From positions 72,262 to 136,261 of the forward strand of contig CALIRQ010000009.1 of assembly GCA_938042195.1 (NCBI GenBank): a stretch of DNA of 64,000 nucleotides. Reading direction: 5' to 3'. The notes under the pieces are model-generated. The model was not told where the DNA came from. It did not search any database and saw only the letters and a program-made list of their open reading frames with translations. Below, in pieces: positions 27,738-37,674 of this stretch. Each line of letters opens with the position of its first letter. The stretch's first letter is position 1. The position numbers and the translations under genes are program-made. The DNA is from an uncultured archaeon. GTDB taxonomy: Archaea > Thermoproteota > Bathyarchaeia > 40CM-2-53-6 > CALIRQ01.

Positions 27738-30700
27738 TTAGTCGCCCTCGATCTTGGGCAAGCAGACTACGTTGGATTCGCCATCCTTTAAGTATACGCC
27801 GTAGACCTTGTCCCCAGCGGATATCATGGAATCCCTGAGGGTTATGACTATGAATTGGGAATCCTTGGAGCGCTCCTTCAATATCTCGGCAAGTTTTTGC
27901 GAATTTAGCGGATCCAGATGAGCATCTATTTCATCGAAGGCGTAAAATGGCACCGGGCGGAATGCCTGCAGCGCTAAGATGAAGCACACCGTAGCGACGG
28001 ACTTCTCCCCGCCGCTGGCGCTCCCTATCGAGAGCTCGGCCTTGCCCGGGAACCTAGCCGATATATCCACCCCGCCCTCGAAGGGGTTCTCCGGGTCCTC
28101 CAAGATAAGCCTCCCCTCCCCGTTCGTCATCCTCCGGAATATTTCTTGGAAGTTTTGCGATATCTTCTCGAAGGCCGAGAGGAAGGTGGCGAGTTTCTTT
28201 TCCTCCAGCTCCGCCATGAATTTCAATATGGAGCTCTTCTCCATCTCCAGCTCCGCTATCTTGGTGGATAGTTGCTTGTAATTGTTCTTCTGCTCCTCAT
28301 AATGGATTATGGCCAATTGGTTCACCAATCCGATTCGCTCGAGCTCCTCCTCAAGCGCCTCCATCTCCCTTTGGAGTGCTTGCGAATCCAATCCCGCAAC
28401 GGTCAAAGGGGAATCGAACCCGAGGTCCTTCAATCGAATGCTGAGGAGCTCGATCTTATTCCTCCTCTCCTGAACTCCCCTGTCCAACTCCCTGATCAAT
28501 CCCTCGATCCTCTCCATCGATTCGACGATATCCGATATATCCCCCTCGAGGTTCCTTAGCTCGATCTCCAAGGCCCGCCTTTCGGAGGCGATAGATTCGA
28601 TGGATTTTATCAATTCGGCCCTCTCGGCCCTCAGGGCATCTAGCTCCCCCTCGAGGGATCTCTTCCTCCCCTCGATCCTCTTGATCTCCAATTCCATGGC
28701 CACCATCTCCACTTTCAATGCGGCGATCCTCCTCGAGGCCTCCGCCATTTCCCTAGCGTTGCCCCTGATGGAGTACTCCAAGTTCATCATCTCCCTCTCC
28801 ACCTTCGCGCATTCCTCCTTGGCCAATTCCAGCTCCCTTGAGATGCGCTCGCTCCTGGCCCTCAATTCGATCCTGACCTGGCGGCGGATCGGGTCGTTGA
28901 TCTTCGTCATATCTCCCTTCAACATCTCGATCTCCTCGAGGGCGGCTTCCCTCTCCCTTGAGAGCTCCTCAAGCCGCGCCTCGAGGTTCGCCTTGGCGAT
29001 CGCCAGATCCCTCATCTCCCCATCGATCGCCATCAACGCCGATTCCATGCGAGCGATGCCGGCATTGATTCCCTCCAATTCCCTCTCGGAGGACTTCAAG
29101 GAGGCCTCCATCATGGATTTTTTCTCCAAAATCTCCCCCATCGCTTCGGCCAACGCATCCCTCTCCGCCCTCCTCGTCCTGATTGCCTCCTCGAGCTTCT
29201 GGATGCGATGCTCCAGATCCTTCCACATCCTCAGGGCCCCGGCTGAGGATCTGGGACCCGGATCCCTATTCGATCCGCTCAAGAGGCCGCCACCGGGCTC
29301 GCAGAGGTTTCCGTTCTTCGTGACGGCCCTGATCCCCTTCGAATAGCAATAGGCGGCCGCGGCCTCGGAATTTACTAGGACCGTATCCCCGAAGACGAAG
29401 TCGACGGCGGGCCTCAGGGCCTCATCGCATTTTATCAGCTCCGATAATGGTCGGATGAGCCCGGGAAACCTCGGGGGGGAGTTTCCCCTCGGGGCCAAAT
29501 TACGTAGGGGTATTAGCTTCATCTCGCCGACCCAATAGCGCCGCGATTTCTCGATGCACGCCACGGCAGCCTCCAAATCCCTCACAACGATGGCATCCAA
29601 CCAACCATCCGAGGCCGCTTCGATGGCCCTTCCGTATTCACTCCCATACTCAATCAGATTTGAAAACTTCCCGATGAATCCGTCCAGCAGGCCCAAGCGG
29701 GCCAATTCCTCGATCCCCCGGACAGCCGAGGGGCCGAGCTCGCTTTGTAATTTGGCGCTTAACCCCGCCAGCGCCACCCTAGCTCTCTCGAGGACCCCCT
29801 CGGCCCCGCCGACCTCCTCCTCAATCCTCTCCACTTCCCCTTTCATCTTCACGAACTCCTCGCGGATCCTCAGCAGCTCCAACTCGAGCGCCTTGACCAA
29901 GTCCGATGCCCTTCCCCGGCTGGCGTATAGGGAGGCCCTCATGGATTCAAGGGCCCTCTTCCTCTCATGGAGCGAGGAGAGCCTCCCATCAACGGAGCCG
30001 AGCTCCCTCCTCGCGCCCTCGATCTTGGAGTCCAAGTTGGCCAGCCTCACCTCCAAGGACCTCCTCCTTTCCCCAAGCTCCCTAAGGAGGCCCTCATCCC
30101 TGACGATGCCATCCTCGATGGCCTTCATCTCCTCGTTCGCGGCCGACAGCTCCGATGCAAGGCCCTCAACCCTGGATCCCAATTCCCTCCTCTTGGCGAA
30201 GAGGTCTCGGTAACGCTCCGAGAGTCCCTCGATCAAGCCCCTGAGGGATGCCCACTTGGCCTCCAAGGACTTTATTTCATCCCCCATCTCCCGGATCCTC
30301 GAGGCCTTGATGCCAATCTCCGCGGATAGGGCCGATATGGAGTTGCTGAGGTCCGAGATCCCCCTCTCCAGCCGGAAGAGTCTCTCGTTGCCATTCGCCG
30401 AGAGCTCATCCAGGGCTCTCTTCTTCGCCTCGATCCCGGATTTCTTGGAGGCCAGCTCGGCCCTCCTCGCCCTCAGCTCGCTCAGCTTCCCGTTGAGCTC
30501 GGCCAATTCGAGCTCCAATGGCCGGATCTCATCCTCAATCCTATTAATCTCGAAGGAGGCGAGCATGGCTTTGAGCCTCGAAACCTCGCCCTTTACGAAG
30601 GAATGCCGGATGTAATCGTTCCTCTCCCTCTCCAAGGATTCCACCCTTTGCCTGACCTCCGCCACCTTTGCCGATGCGATCTTTATGTTCATCTCCGCCC

Positions 30701-31244
30701 TCTGCAGATGGACCTCCGCCTCCTTCTTCTTTTCGTCGTAAACCCCTATGCCGACGAGATCCGCTATGATCTTCATCCGTTCCTCGGGGGAGAGCTCGGC
30801 TATCCGGGTGACGCTGTGCTGCGGGACCATGTTATGGCCCGTCGCCATTATGTTCGCGGAGGACAGCAGATCCATCAGGTACTTCCTCGAGATCTTCCTA
30901 CCGTTTAACCTATACACCCCCTCCCCTCCCCCGCTGTACTCCCGGGAGATTGTGACTATATCCGAGTCCACCGGTATCCTTCTATCGAGGTTTTCGAATT
31001 GCAGCGAAACGTATGCGGATCCGGAGGAGGACTTCTGGCTCCTATGTATGACGTCCGATATGGCGGCGCCCCTCAACTCCCTCGGGCTCAACTCCCCCAG
31101 GGCGAACTTTATCGAATCCATTATGTTGCTCTTCCCGGAGCCGTTCGGCCCAGTAACTATCGTAAGCCCCTTCTCCAGTGATATTGTGGTTTTCTTGCCG
31201 AAGGTCTTGAAGCCCTTGATCGTAATCCTTTTTATGTGGACCAA
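27738..31244 (-). CDS. smc: Chromosome segregation protein SMC
   Basis: 1168 aa with N-terminal Walker A (GPNGSGKSN), long coiled coils, a hinge, and a C-terminal signature motif (LSGGEKS) with Walker B (DEIDAHLD). Confidence 0.95.
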   Translation of the reverse strand: MVHIKRITIKGFKTFGKKTTISLEKGLTIVTGPNGSGKSNIMDSIKFALGELSPRELRGAAISDVIHRSQKSSSGSAYVSLQFENLDRRIPVDSDIVTISREYSGGGEGVYRLNGRKISRKYLMDLLSSANIMATGHNMVPQHSVTRIAELSPEERMKIIADLVGIGVYDEKKKEAEVHLQRAEMNIKIASAKVAEVRQRVESLERERNDYIRHSFVKGEVSRLKAMLASFEINRIEDEIRPLELELAELNGKLSELRARRAELASKKSGIEAKKRALDELSANGNERLFRLERGISDLSNSISALSAEIGIKASRIREMGDEIKSLEAKWASLRGLIEGLSERYRDLFAKRRELGSRVEGLASELSAANEEMKAIEDGIVRDEGLLRELGERRRSLEVRLANLDSKIEGARRELGSVDGRLSSLHERKRALESMRASLYASRGRASDLVKALELELLRIREEFVKMKGEVERIEEEVGGAEGVLERARVALAGLSAKLQSELGPSAVRGIEELARLGLLDGFIGKFSNLIEYGSEYGRAIEAASDGWLDAIVVRDLEAAVACIEKSRRYWVGEMKLIPLRNLAPRGNSPPRFPGLIRPLSELIKCDEALRPAVDFVFGDTVLVNSEAAAAYCYSKGIRAVTKNGNLCEPGGGLLSGSNRDPGPRSSAGALRMWKDLEHRIQKLEEAIRTRRAERDALAEAMGEILEKKSMMEASLKSSERELEGINAGIARMESALMAIDGEMRDLAIAKANLEARLEELSREREAALEEIEMLKGDMTKINDPIRRQVRIELRARSERISRELELAKEECAKVEREMMNLEYSIRGNAREMAEASRRIAALKVEMVAMELEIKRIEGRKRSLEGELDALRAERAELIKSIESIASERRALEIELRNLEGDISDIVESMERIEGLIRELDRGVQERRNKIELLSIRLKDLGFDSPLTVAGLDSQALQREMEALEEELERIGLVNQLAIIHYEEQKNNYKQLSTKIAELEMEKSSILKFMAELEEKKLATFLSAFEKISQNFQEIFRRMTNGEGRLILEDPENPFEGGVDISARFPGKAELSIGSASGGEKSVATVCFILALQAFRPVPFYAFDEIDAHLDPLNSQKLAEILKERSKDSQFIVITLRDSMISAGDKVYGVYLKDGESNVVCLPKIEGD

Positions 31245-31281
31245 CCCGAGATCCCCGAGGTCCGATGGCCGGTCGCTCCCT

Positions 31282-32076
31282 CTACCTCCCGAACCTCCTC
31301 GATCTCCTTTGATAGACCCTTATGGCCCTTAGTAGGTCGATCTTCCTGAAGTCCGGCCAATATATATCCAAGAAGCAGAGCTCGCTATACGCCGATTGCC
31401 ATATCAGGAATCCACTCAAGCGCTCCTCCCCCGAGGTCCTTATGATCAAATCCGGCTCTGGTTTCGGCAAATGGGCAGTGTAGAGGTTCCTCATGAAGAG
31501 GTCCTCGTCTATCTCGCTCGGTTCTATTCTTCCCTCCTTGACCATCTCCGCGATCTTCTTCGTCGCATCCAATATCTCCGTCCTCCCCCCATACGCCACG
31601 GCGAGGTTGAAGTAGTAATCGGCATAGCCCTTCGTGGCATCCTCCAATTCGCTCAACAAAGCCCTCAGGCTTTCGGGAAGCAGGGAAAGCCTCCCGAGCG
31701 CCTTCACCCTAACCCTGTTCTTATGGATCTCCGGATTGGAGATGATCCCCCTCAGCTTCTCCTCCATTACCCGGAATATGTTCTCGATCTCCTCCTTGCT
31801 CCTCCCGAGATTCTCCGTGGAGAGTATATATACGGTGACTATCTTTATGCCGAGCTCTAGGCACCATCGCAGAAACTCCTCAAGCGTTTTGGCGCCGTGG
31901 TTATGGCCCTCGGTCATGGGCAACATCCGTTCTGAGGCCCATCTCCTGTTCCCATCCAGTATGACAGCTATGTGCTCCGGCATCCCCTTTCCCTTGATCT
32001 CGCTCAGCAGCTTTTTCTCGTACAGTTTGTAGACGCCCGTGAGCTCCAATACCCTCTTCAGCGATATCCCAGCCAA
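31282..32076 (-). CDS. uppS: Undecaprenyl/di-trans,poly-cis-prenyl diphosphate synthase (cis-IPTase)
   Basis: HIAVILDGNRRWA and YAFSTENW-like (YILSTENL) motifs, plus a C-terminal RFG. Confidence 0.9.
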   Translation of the reverse strand: MAGISLKRVLELTGVYKLYEKKLLSEIKGKGMPEHIAVILDGNRRWASERMLPMTEGHNHGAKTLEEFLRWCLELGIKIVTVYILSTENLGRSKEEIENIFRVMEEKLRGIISNPEIHKNRVRVKALGRLSLLPESLRALLSELEDATKGYADYYFNLAVAYGGRTEILDATKKIAEMVKEGRIEPSEIDEDLFMRNLYTAHLPKPEPDLIIRTSGEERLSGFLIWQSAYSELCFLDIYWPDFRKIDLLRAIRVYQRRSRRFGR

Positions 32077-32079
32077 TCC

Positions 32080-32865
32080 CTACGGCCCCCCGGTCGGGAC
32101 CGTGCAGCCGCATTTCCTCTCCGAAGGGATCGAGGCTATAACCCCTTTGAGGATCGCGTCGATGAGCGGATAAAGCCTTTCGGCCATCTCTAGCACCTCC
32201 TTGGCGGTCACCCTCTCCTGCATGCCAGCCGCCATGTTCGAAACGAAGCAGAGCGGGCAATAGCATATGCCGAGTTCTCTCGCCAAGAAGGCCTCCGGGG
32301 AGGCCGTCATGCCGACGAGGTCCGCCCCCAAGGCCCTCAGCATCCTTATCTCCGCCGGGGTTTCGAACCTCGGCCCCTCGGTCACGGCCATTACGGAGCC
32401 GCTCCGGACGACAGGAGCATGTTTTCTGGACTCCTCAAGCAAGAGGCCCGATATCTCCGGGCAGAAGGGCATGCTGACGTCTATATGGGTGACTGGGGCC
32501 GCATCGAAGAACGTCGATTTCCTGCACTTCGTGAAATCTATCAGGTCTGCTGGGATCGCTATATCCCCAGGCCTATAATCTGGGTTGATCGCCCCCACAG
32601 CATTCGTGGAAACTATTCGCTCGACGCCAATGGATTTTAGGGCCCAGATGTTGGCCCTATAGTTGATCCTATGGGGGGGAACGCCGTGCTCGGGGCCGTG
32701 GCGGGGCAGGAACGCCACCCTCCTCCCGCCAATCTCCCCCAAGGTTATCCGAGGCGGTATGCCGAATGGCGTCCCGATGAGCATGGGCTCCCCCGATGCC
32801 AATATCCTCTCGAAGCCCGTGCCGCCAATTATAGCTATCCTGACCCGATCGCTCCCAACTCTCAA
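32080..32865 (-). CDS. mtnP: S-methyl-5'-thioadenosine / purine nucleoside phosphorylase
   Basis: 261 aa with IAIIGGTGF and a PNP-I family signature. Confidence 0.85.
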   Translation of the reverse strand: MRVGSDRVRIAIIGGTGFERILASGEPMLIGTPFGIPPRITLGEIGGRRVAFLPRHGPEHGVPPHRINYRANIWALKSIGVERIVSTNAVGAINPDYRPGDIAIPADLIDFTKCRKSTFFDAAPVTHIDVSMPFCPEISGLLLEESRKHAPVVRSGSVMAVTEGPRFETPAEIRMLRALGADLVGMTASPEAFLARELGICYCPLCFVSNMAAGMQERVTAKEVLEMAERLYPLIDAILKGVIASIPSERKCGCTVPTGGP

Positions 32866-32911
32866 ATCCGGTTCGGACCGCGGTCCCGATTGAGCCGGGT
32901 CGATAATAAAC

Positions 32912-33748
32912 CTAAATTGCCTTTTTCTCCATCAAAATCTTGAACTCCTCAAAGGATAATTTCCTCCTATTTTTAAATTTCTCCGAGGCGATCCTCTCGA
33001 GCTCCTCCATCTTCCTATTCGCTCTATCCTCCTCCATGGCCTTGATCGCCGCCTTGAGACTTTTGATCCTCTCCAAGCATTCCAAGCGCTCCCTATGGGC
33101 GGTATCCGCCGCCCCCTTGACCTCCACGTATTGGCTTTCCGCCTCCTTGATCTCCGCCCTCAGGGAGTCGGCGGCTTTCGCAAGCGATGCGATCCTCGCG
33201 TGAAGCTCATTCCTCCTCCCCTCCTTTTCGGAGATCTCGGACCGCAATCCCTCGATCCTCCTCCGGATCTCCTCCAAGTCCTTCCTGGAGGAGAGCTGAC
33301 GCTTCACCTCGGCTAGCTCCGATTCCAGCCTCCTCACCCGCTCCACGAGCTCCTTCTCCCTCTCGATCGGGAGTGATGATGTCTGAATCACCCAATCCAG
33401 CCTGCGGATCTCCTCCTCCAAGCCCGCCTCGTCGAGCCTCGCGCCCCTTCCCCTCCCCAGCGCCTTGATGGCCGCCGAGGCCTTGCGCTTGAGTTCCCTT
33501 TCTTGGGCCTTCAATTCCCTAAGGCTTTGGTTGAGCTCGTCCCTCGCGCCCTTATTCAAGCGGATCTCCCGGATTATCTCCCTCAGCTTGAGGCTTAACT
33601 CCTCCCTTCTCTCTAGGATTCGCCTCGCATCGGAATTGTAGGAGTCCCTCTTAATCCTGAGCTCTTCGGCCCTCCCTTTCAGTTCCCCTATGGTCTTTCT
33701 GAGCTCCTCCGCCCTCGCCATATGATCGGCCAACTGCAATCCCACCAA
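32912..33748 (-). CDS. Archaeal coiled-coil protein (COG1340-like)
   Basis: 278 aa, almost entirely heptad-repeat coiled coil, Glu/Arg/Lys-rich. Confidence 0.5.
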   Translation of the reverse strand: MVGLQLADHMARAEELRKTIGELKGRAEELRIKRDSYNSDARRILERREELSLKLREIIREIRLNKGARDELNQSLRELKAQERELKRKASAAIKALGRGRGARLDEAGLEEEIRRLDWVIQTSSLPIEREKELVERVRRLESELAEVKRQLSSRKDLEEIRRRIEGLRSEISEKEGRRNELHARIASLAKAADSLRAEIKEAESQYVEVKGAADTAHRERLECLERIKSLKAAIKAMEEDRANRKMEELERIASEKFKNRRKLSFEEFKILMEKKAI

Positions 33749-33762
33749 AGGCCCAGAGGGGG

Positions 33763-34458
33763 CTATAGGACTATCTTGGCGTCCACGACCGCCGCGCCCC
33801 TTTCGTAGGCCATTATCGGGTTCAAGTCCATCTGGGATATCTCCTGGAAGTCCATCAGCAACCTCGACGCCTTCTGGATTATATCGACGAGGGCGCCCTC
33901 ATCGGCCTTCGGCATCCCCCTATAGCCCTTTAGGATCTCGTATCCCCTTATCTCCCTCAGCATCTCCTCGGCATCCTCCCGGGGAACGGGCGCCACCCTG
34001 AAGGTTACATCCTTGAAGATCTCCACGAATATGCCCCCCAAGCCGAACATGATCGTTTGCCCGAATTGGGGATCCCTTATCCCCCCTACTATGACCTCTA
34101 TGCCGCTCGGCGCCATCTTCCTCACCATGACCCCATCGATCCTCGCATCGGGCCTCTTCCTCTTAACGTTGTTCAAGATCATGCGGTAATGGGCCCTAAC
34201 CTCCGATGGGCCCTTCAGGTTCAAATATATCCCCCCGACATCGGTCTTATGGAGGATGTCCGCGGAAACCACCTCGAGGACGACGGGGAACCCCATTCGC
34301 TTGGCGAACTCCACGGCCTCCCCTTCGCTCCTCGCCAAGCGATATTTTGGCACCGGTATTTTGTAATCCTTGCATATCTCCTTGGCCTCGAGCCCCGTCA
34401 GGTTCTTCCTGCCCTCGGAGAGCGCCCTCCTGATTATCCTCTCGGCCCTCGCGCCCAT
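33763..34458 (-). CDS. ATP-grasp domain protein (ADP-forming acetyl-CoA synthetase beta-subunit-like)
   Basis: 231 aa with LTGLEAKEICKDYKIPVP...GFPVVLE..., the ATP-grasp of ACD beta subunits. No alpha subunit is adjacent. Confidence 0.7.
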   Translation of the reverse strand: MGARAERIIRRALSEGRKNLTGLEAKEICKDYKIPVPKYRLARSEGEAVEFAKRMGFPVVLEVVSADILHKTDVGGIYLNLKGPSEVRAHYRMILNNVKRKRPDARIDGVMVRKMAPSGIEVIVGGIRDPQFGQTIMFGLGGIFVEIFKDVTFRVAPVPREDAEEMLREIRGYEILKGYRGMPKADEGALVDIIQKASRLLMDFQEISQMDLNPIMAYERGAAVVDAKIVL

Positions 34459-34523
34459 CCGCGATTACCGAGCGCATCTCTCCTCCATGATATTAATAAA
34501 TCGCTTATGGTGGCCCAATTCCC

Positions 34524-35285
34524 TCAGGGTTCCAACTCCTCGCCCCCCCTGAGGGCCCTCGTGATCTCGGCGTAGAGCTCCGTGAGCCCGATTGCGCTCT
34601 TGGAAGATACGGGCAGTGGATGAAATTCTATGCCTATCCCGCTGATCGCCCTAGCCAGCTCCTTGGATATGAGATAGGCGGTCCCCTCGGAGGCCCCCCT
34701 GAGGGCCTCCTCCAAGTTCTCGACGTCCTCCGACCACCCAATAACGGTCCCGAGCTCCTCTTCAGACAGGAGGTCGGCCTTGCTGAGGACGTAGATCTGC
34801 GGCAACATCAGCCTCTCATAAACGGCCATCGACATATACATGTTCGAGATATAGTTCATCGGGTTCTTCGAGAACGGCCCGTCGAATAGATAGACCACGG
34901 CCTTCGGATCCTCCGTGAACTCGGCGGCTATGAACTTCCCGCTCTCCCGGAAGGCGAAGAGCTCTATCTGCCCCGGGGTATCCACTAAGACCAAATCCGC
35001 GCCCGTGGATTCGACCTCCTCCCTCAGCTCCTCGAGATAATCCCCCATCAGGTCGGCGGCCATGAGGAGGGCCCCGTTCGGGCCCAAGCCGTATTCTTCC
35101 ATGAGGCCCTCGACGCTCACGTAGGACCTTATGTCCACATCGGGATTATATGGAAGGGATCTAGCGCCAGGATCCAAGTTGAGCGAGATCGCGTCCTGAT
35201 CCTTCAACCTAATCAGGTTTAGGAGCTCGGATGTCAGGGCCGATTTACCGGAGCCGGCCATGCCGATAACGAATACGGCGTACAA
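34524..35285 (-). CDS. GPN-loop GTPase
   Basis: 253 aa with Walker A GMAGSGKS, an LGPNGAL GPN motif, DTPGQIE and SKAD. Confidence 0.85.
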   Translation of the reverse strand: MYAVFVIGMAGSGKSALTSELLNLIRLKDQDAISLNLDPGARSLPYNPDVDIRSYVSVEGLMEEYGLGPNGALLMAADLMGDYLEELREEVESTGADLVLVDTPGQIELFAFRESGKFIAAEFTEDPKAVVYLFDGPFSKNPMNYISNMYMSMAVYERLMLPQIYVLSKADLLSEEELGTVIGWSEDVENLEEALRGASEGTAYLISKELARAISGIGIEFHPLPVSSKSAIGLTELYAEITRALRGGEELEP

Positions 35286-35419
35286 GCCGATCCCCGCCTA
35301 TCCCTGTAAAGGTTTTATATTCGTGCCATCGCAAGAAGCGTTGGTTGCGATGAGGAACAGGCTAGGGCTGAGCGCCCCCCGATGATTGCGAAACCGGGTT
35401 CCTGAGCAACTGAATCCCC

Positions 35420-35911
35420 TCAACTACCCTCCCGTCCGATCAACTTGGATAAATGGGGGCCCTTGAATATATCCGATAGATAGAGGTAGACCTCCCGCGC
35501 CAACTTCCCAGCCGCCACCGCCCTAATTATATCCGTGGCCGTGATTATGCCCACGAGCGACGAATCCCTGACGACCACAAGCCTCTTGATTCCCCCCTTC
35601 ACCATCTCCCTAGCGGCATCCTCCAAGGGGGCATCCTCGGGGATCGTTCGAACCGGAGCGCTCATCACTTCAAGAACCCTCAGGTCCTTCGCCAATTTCC
35701 CCTTTGCCACGACCTTGGCCAGTATATCCCTCTCGGTGACTATCCCCACGGGCCGCCCCCCTTCCACGGCTATGATCGAGCCGACCCTGAGGCGATTCAT
35801 CCTTTCCACGGCCTCATCCAATCGATCGCCGGGGGAGCATGTCAGCGGATCCTTAGCCATGAGTTCGCGGACCCTTGTCGGCTCGGACATCGCTGGTGGG
35901 CCTTCGGGCAT
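35420..35911 (-). CDS. CBS domain pair protein
   Basis: 163 aa with two CBS motifs (GIVTERDIL..., GIITATDIIRA). Confidence 0.8.
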   Translation of the reverse strand: MPEGPPAMSEPTRVRELMAKDPLTCSPGDRLDEAVERMNRLRVGSIIAVEGGRPVGIVTERDILAKVVAKGKLAKDLRVLEVMSAPVRTIPEDAPLEDAAREMVKGGIKRLVVVRDSSLVGIITATDIIRAVAAGKLAREVYLYLSDIFKGPHLSKLIGREGS

Positions 35912-36041
35912 CCCCCTTAAAAACGAATGGGTCGACCGCTCCGAGGGGAGCGGGACCCGATGCCCCTCGAACGCTTTTAAACCCAGCAGTGGTGCGGATC
36001 AAGCGATGGTAAATGCTCGGCAACGATGGAGGTGCTTGCCC

Positions 36042-36722
36042 ATGAGGCTGGAGGACGTGGAACTTGTCCAAAGGGTTGAGGTGGGGGATGCGGATGCGCT
36101 GATAGTGATCGATTTGCAAAACGATTTCATGCCATCCGGCGCGCTCCCGGTTGAGGGGGGCGATGCCATCGTCCCATCCATAAACGCCCTAGCCGAAAAA
36201 TTCCATCGCCTCGGCAACCCGATCATCGCGACGCAGGATTGGCATCCCCCGGGCCATCTCTCCTTCGCCAGTAGCCATGGGAGGAAGCCCTTCGAGAGAT
36301 ATGAGGCTGAGGGGATAGGCCCGGTCCTTTGGCCAGATCATTGCGTCCAAGGCTCCCCGGGGGCGGATTTCCATCCGGGCTTCGATGCGAAGCTCGCCAA
36401 GGCCGTGATCAGGAAGGGTTTCCGCCCAGCCGTGGACAGCTATTCGGCGTTCGTGGAAAACGATAGGAGGACGCGCACGGGCCTCTCGGGTTATCTTAGG
36501 GAATTGGGGGTTGAGCGGATCTTCCTCTGCGGGCTGGCCTTGGATTATTGCGTCCACTTCTCGGCCCTCCATGGGAGGGAGCTAGGCTTCGAGGTCCTCA
36601 TCCCCATCGATCTCACAAAGGCCATCGATTCCCCGCCCGGCAATCTATCGAGGGCGCTGGACCTAATGGTCGGGAGGGGGGTCAAATTCACTAGATCCGA
36701 GCGCATATCCGCCCGCGGATAG
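36042..36722 (+). CDS. pncA: Isochorismatase-family hydrolase (nicotinamidase PncA-like)
   Basis: The start is placed at MRLEDVELV (ATG 36042). It has the LIVIDLQNDF catalytic Asp box, Lys, and Cys in GLALDYCV. The upstream 500 nt of the tracked ORF overlap the CBS gene and are rejected. Confidence 0.8.
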   Translation: MRLEDVELVQRVEVGDADALIVIDLQNDFMPSGALPVEGGDAIVPSINALAEKFHRLGNPIIATQDWHPPGHLSFASSHGRKPFERYEAEGIGPVLWPDHCVQGSPGADFHPGFDAKLAKAVIRKGFRPAVDSYSAFVENDRRTRTGLSGYLRELGVERIFLCGLALDYCVHFSALHGRELGFEVLIPIDLTKAIDSPPGNLSRALDLMVGRGVKFTRSERISARG

Positions 36723-36783
36723 GCCCGAGGCCGATGAGGATCCAAAATAACCATATATCGCCCCAGCTTTAGTTGAGGATTCG

Positions 36784-37674
36784 GTGAATGGTTTGAAGGG
36801 GATAATCGCGGGCCCAGCCTCCTCGGAACTCGGGGCCAAGATCGCTTCCGCGTTGGGCTGGAGGCTCATACCGTTGGAGTTTAAGGCGTTCCCAGATGGG
36901 GAATCCTATATAAGGATCGATTGGGAGGGCTTTGAAGGCTCCGACGTCGTCCTAATCCAATCAACCCATCCCCCCCAAGATAGGCATTTGATGCAATTGT
37001 TCCTGATGGCCGATGCCGCCAAGGATGCGGGGATGAGCATAGAGGCCGTCGTCCCCTACTTGGCCTATTCTAGGCAGGACAAGATGTTCAGGGCGGGCGA
37101 GGCGGTGAGCGTCAAAACCGTATGCAAGCTGATGAGGTGCTCCGGGATCGGGAAGCTCTTCGTCGTGGATGTGCATTCCGAGGAGGCCCTCGCCCGCTCG
37201 GGGATTCCAGCCAGAAATATAACGGCCATGTTAAGCATAGGCAGATATTTCTTGGGGAAGGGGTTGAAGGACCCAATCGTCGTTTCGCCCGACGAAGGGG
37301 CCAAGCGCCATGCCGAGAGGGTGGCCGGGATATTGGGTTGCGAGGCATCCAGCTTCAGGAAGGAGAGGGATCGCATCACCGGCGAGGTCTCTGTAACCCC
37401 CTCCGGGGCGCGCTTCTCGAGGAGGGACGTCGTGCTCGTCGACGATATGATCTCCACCGGGGGCAGCATGCTCAAGGCGATGGCTGCGATCAAGGCCGAG
37501 GGCCCCAATAGGATCTTTGTGGCTTGCACCCATCCGCTCCTCGGCGAGGGCGTTGGGAGAATGTTGCTGGAGGCCGGCGCCGAGGAGATCGTCGGGACCG
37601 ATTCCTTCCCGAACCCGTTCGAGAAGGTCTCTGTAGCCGACCCGATCGCGGAGGCCCTGAGGTCGAGCGCCTGA
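36784..37674 (+). CDS. prs: Ribose-phosphate pyrophosphokinase
   Basis: 296 aa with the PRPP synthase signature (VVLVDDMISTGGS) and an N-terminal AGPASSELG. Confidence 0.9.
   Translation: MNGLKGIIAGPASSELGAKIASALGWRLIPLEFKAFPDGESYIRIDWEGFEGSDVVLIQSTHPPQDRHLMQLFLMADAAKDAGMSIEAVVPYLAYSRQDKMFRAGEAVSVKTVCKLMRCSGIGKLFVVDVHSEEALARSGIPARNITAMLSIGRYFLGKGLKDPIVVSPDEGAKRHAERVAGILGCEASSFRKERDRITGEVSVTPSGARFSRRDVVLVDDMISTGGSMLKAMAAIKAEGPNRIFVACTHPLLGEGVGRMLLEAGAEEIVGTDSFPNPFEKVSVADPIAEALRSSA

Noticed and set aside
28600-30615. Several 100-250 aa Ser/Leu/Ala-rich ORFs on the plus strand within smc
   Set aside because: They are antisense translations of the coiled-coil Glu/Leu/Arg-rich SMC coding sequence.
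31245-31281. Possible regulatory element between smc and uppS
   Set aside because: It is only 37 nt with no repeats or palindromes, so it is a simple gene junction.
35535-36041. 5' extension of the isochorismatase ORF
   Set aside because: It overlaps the CBS-domain gene on the opposite strand and is Ser/Thr/Ala low-complexity. The real start is MRLEDV at 36042.
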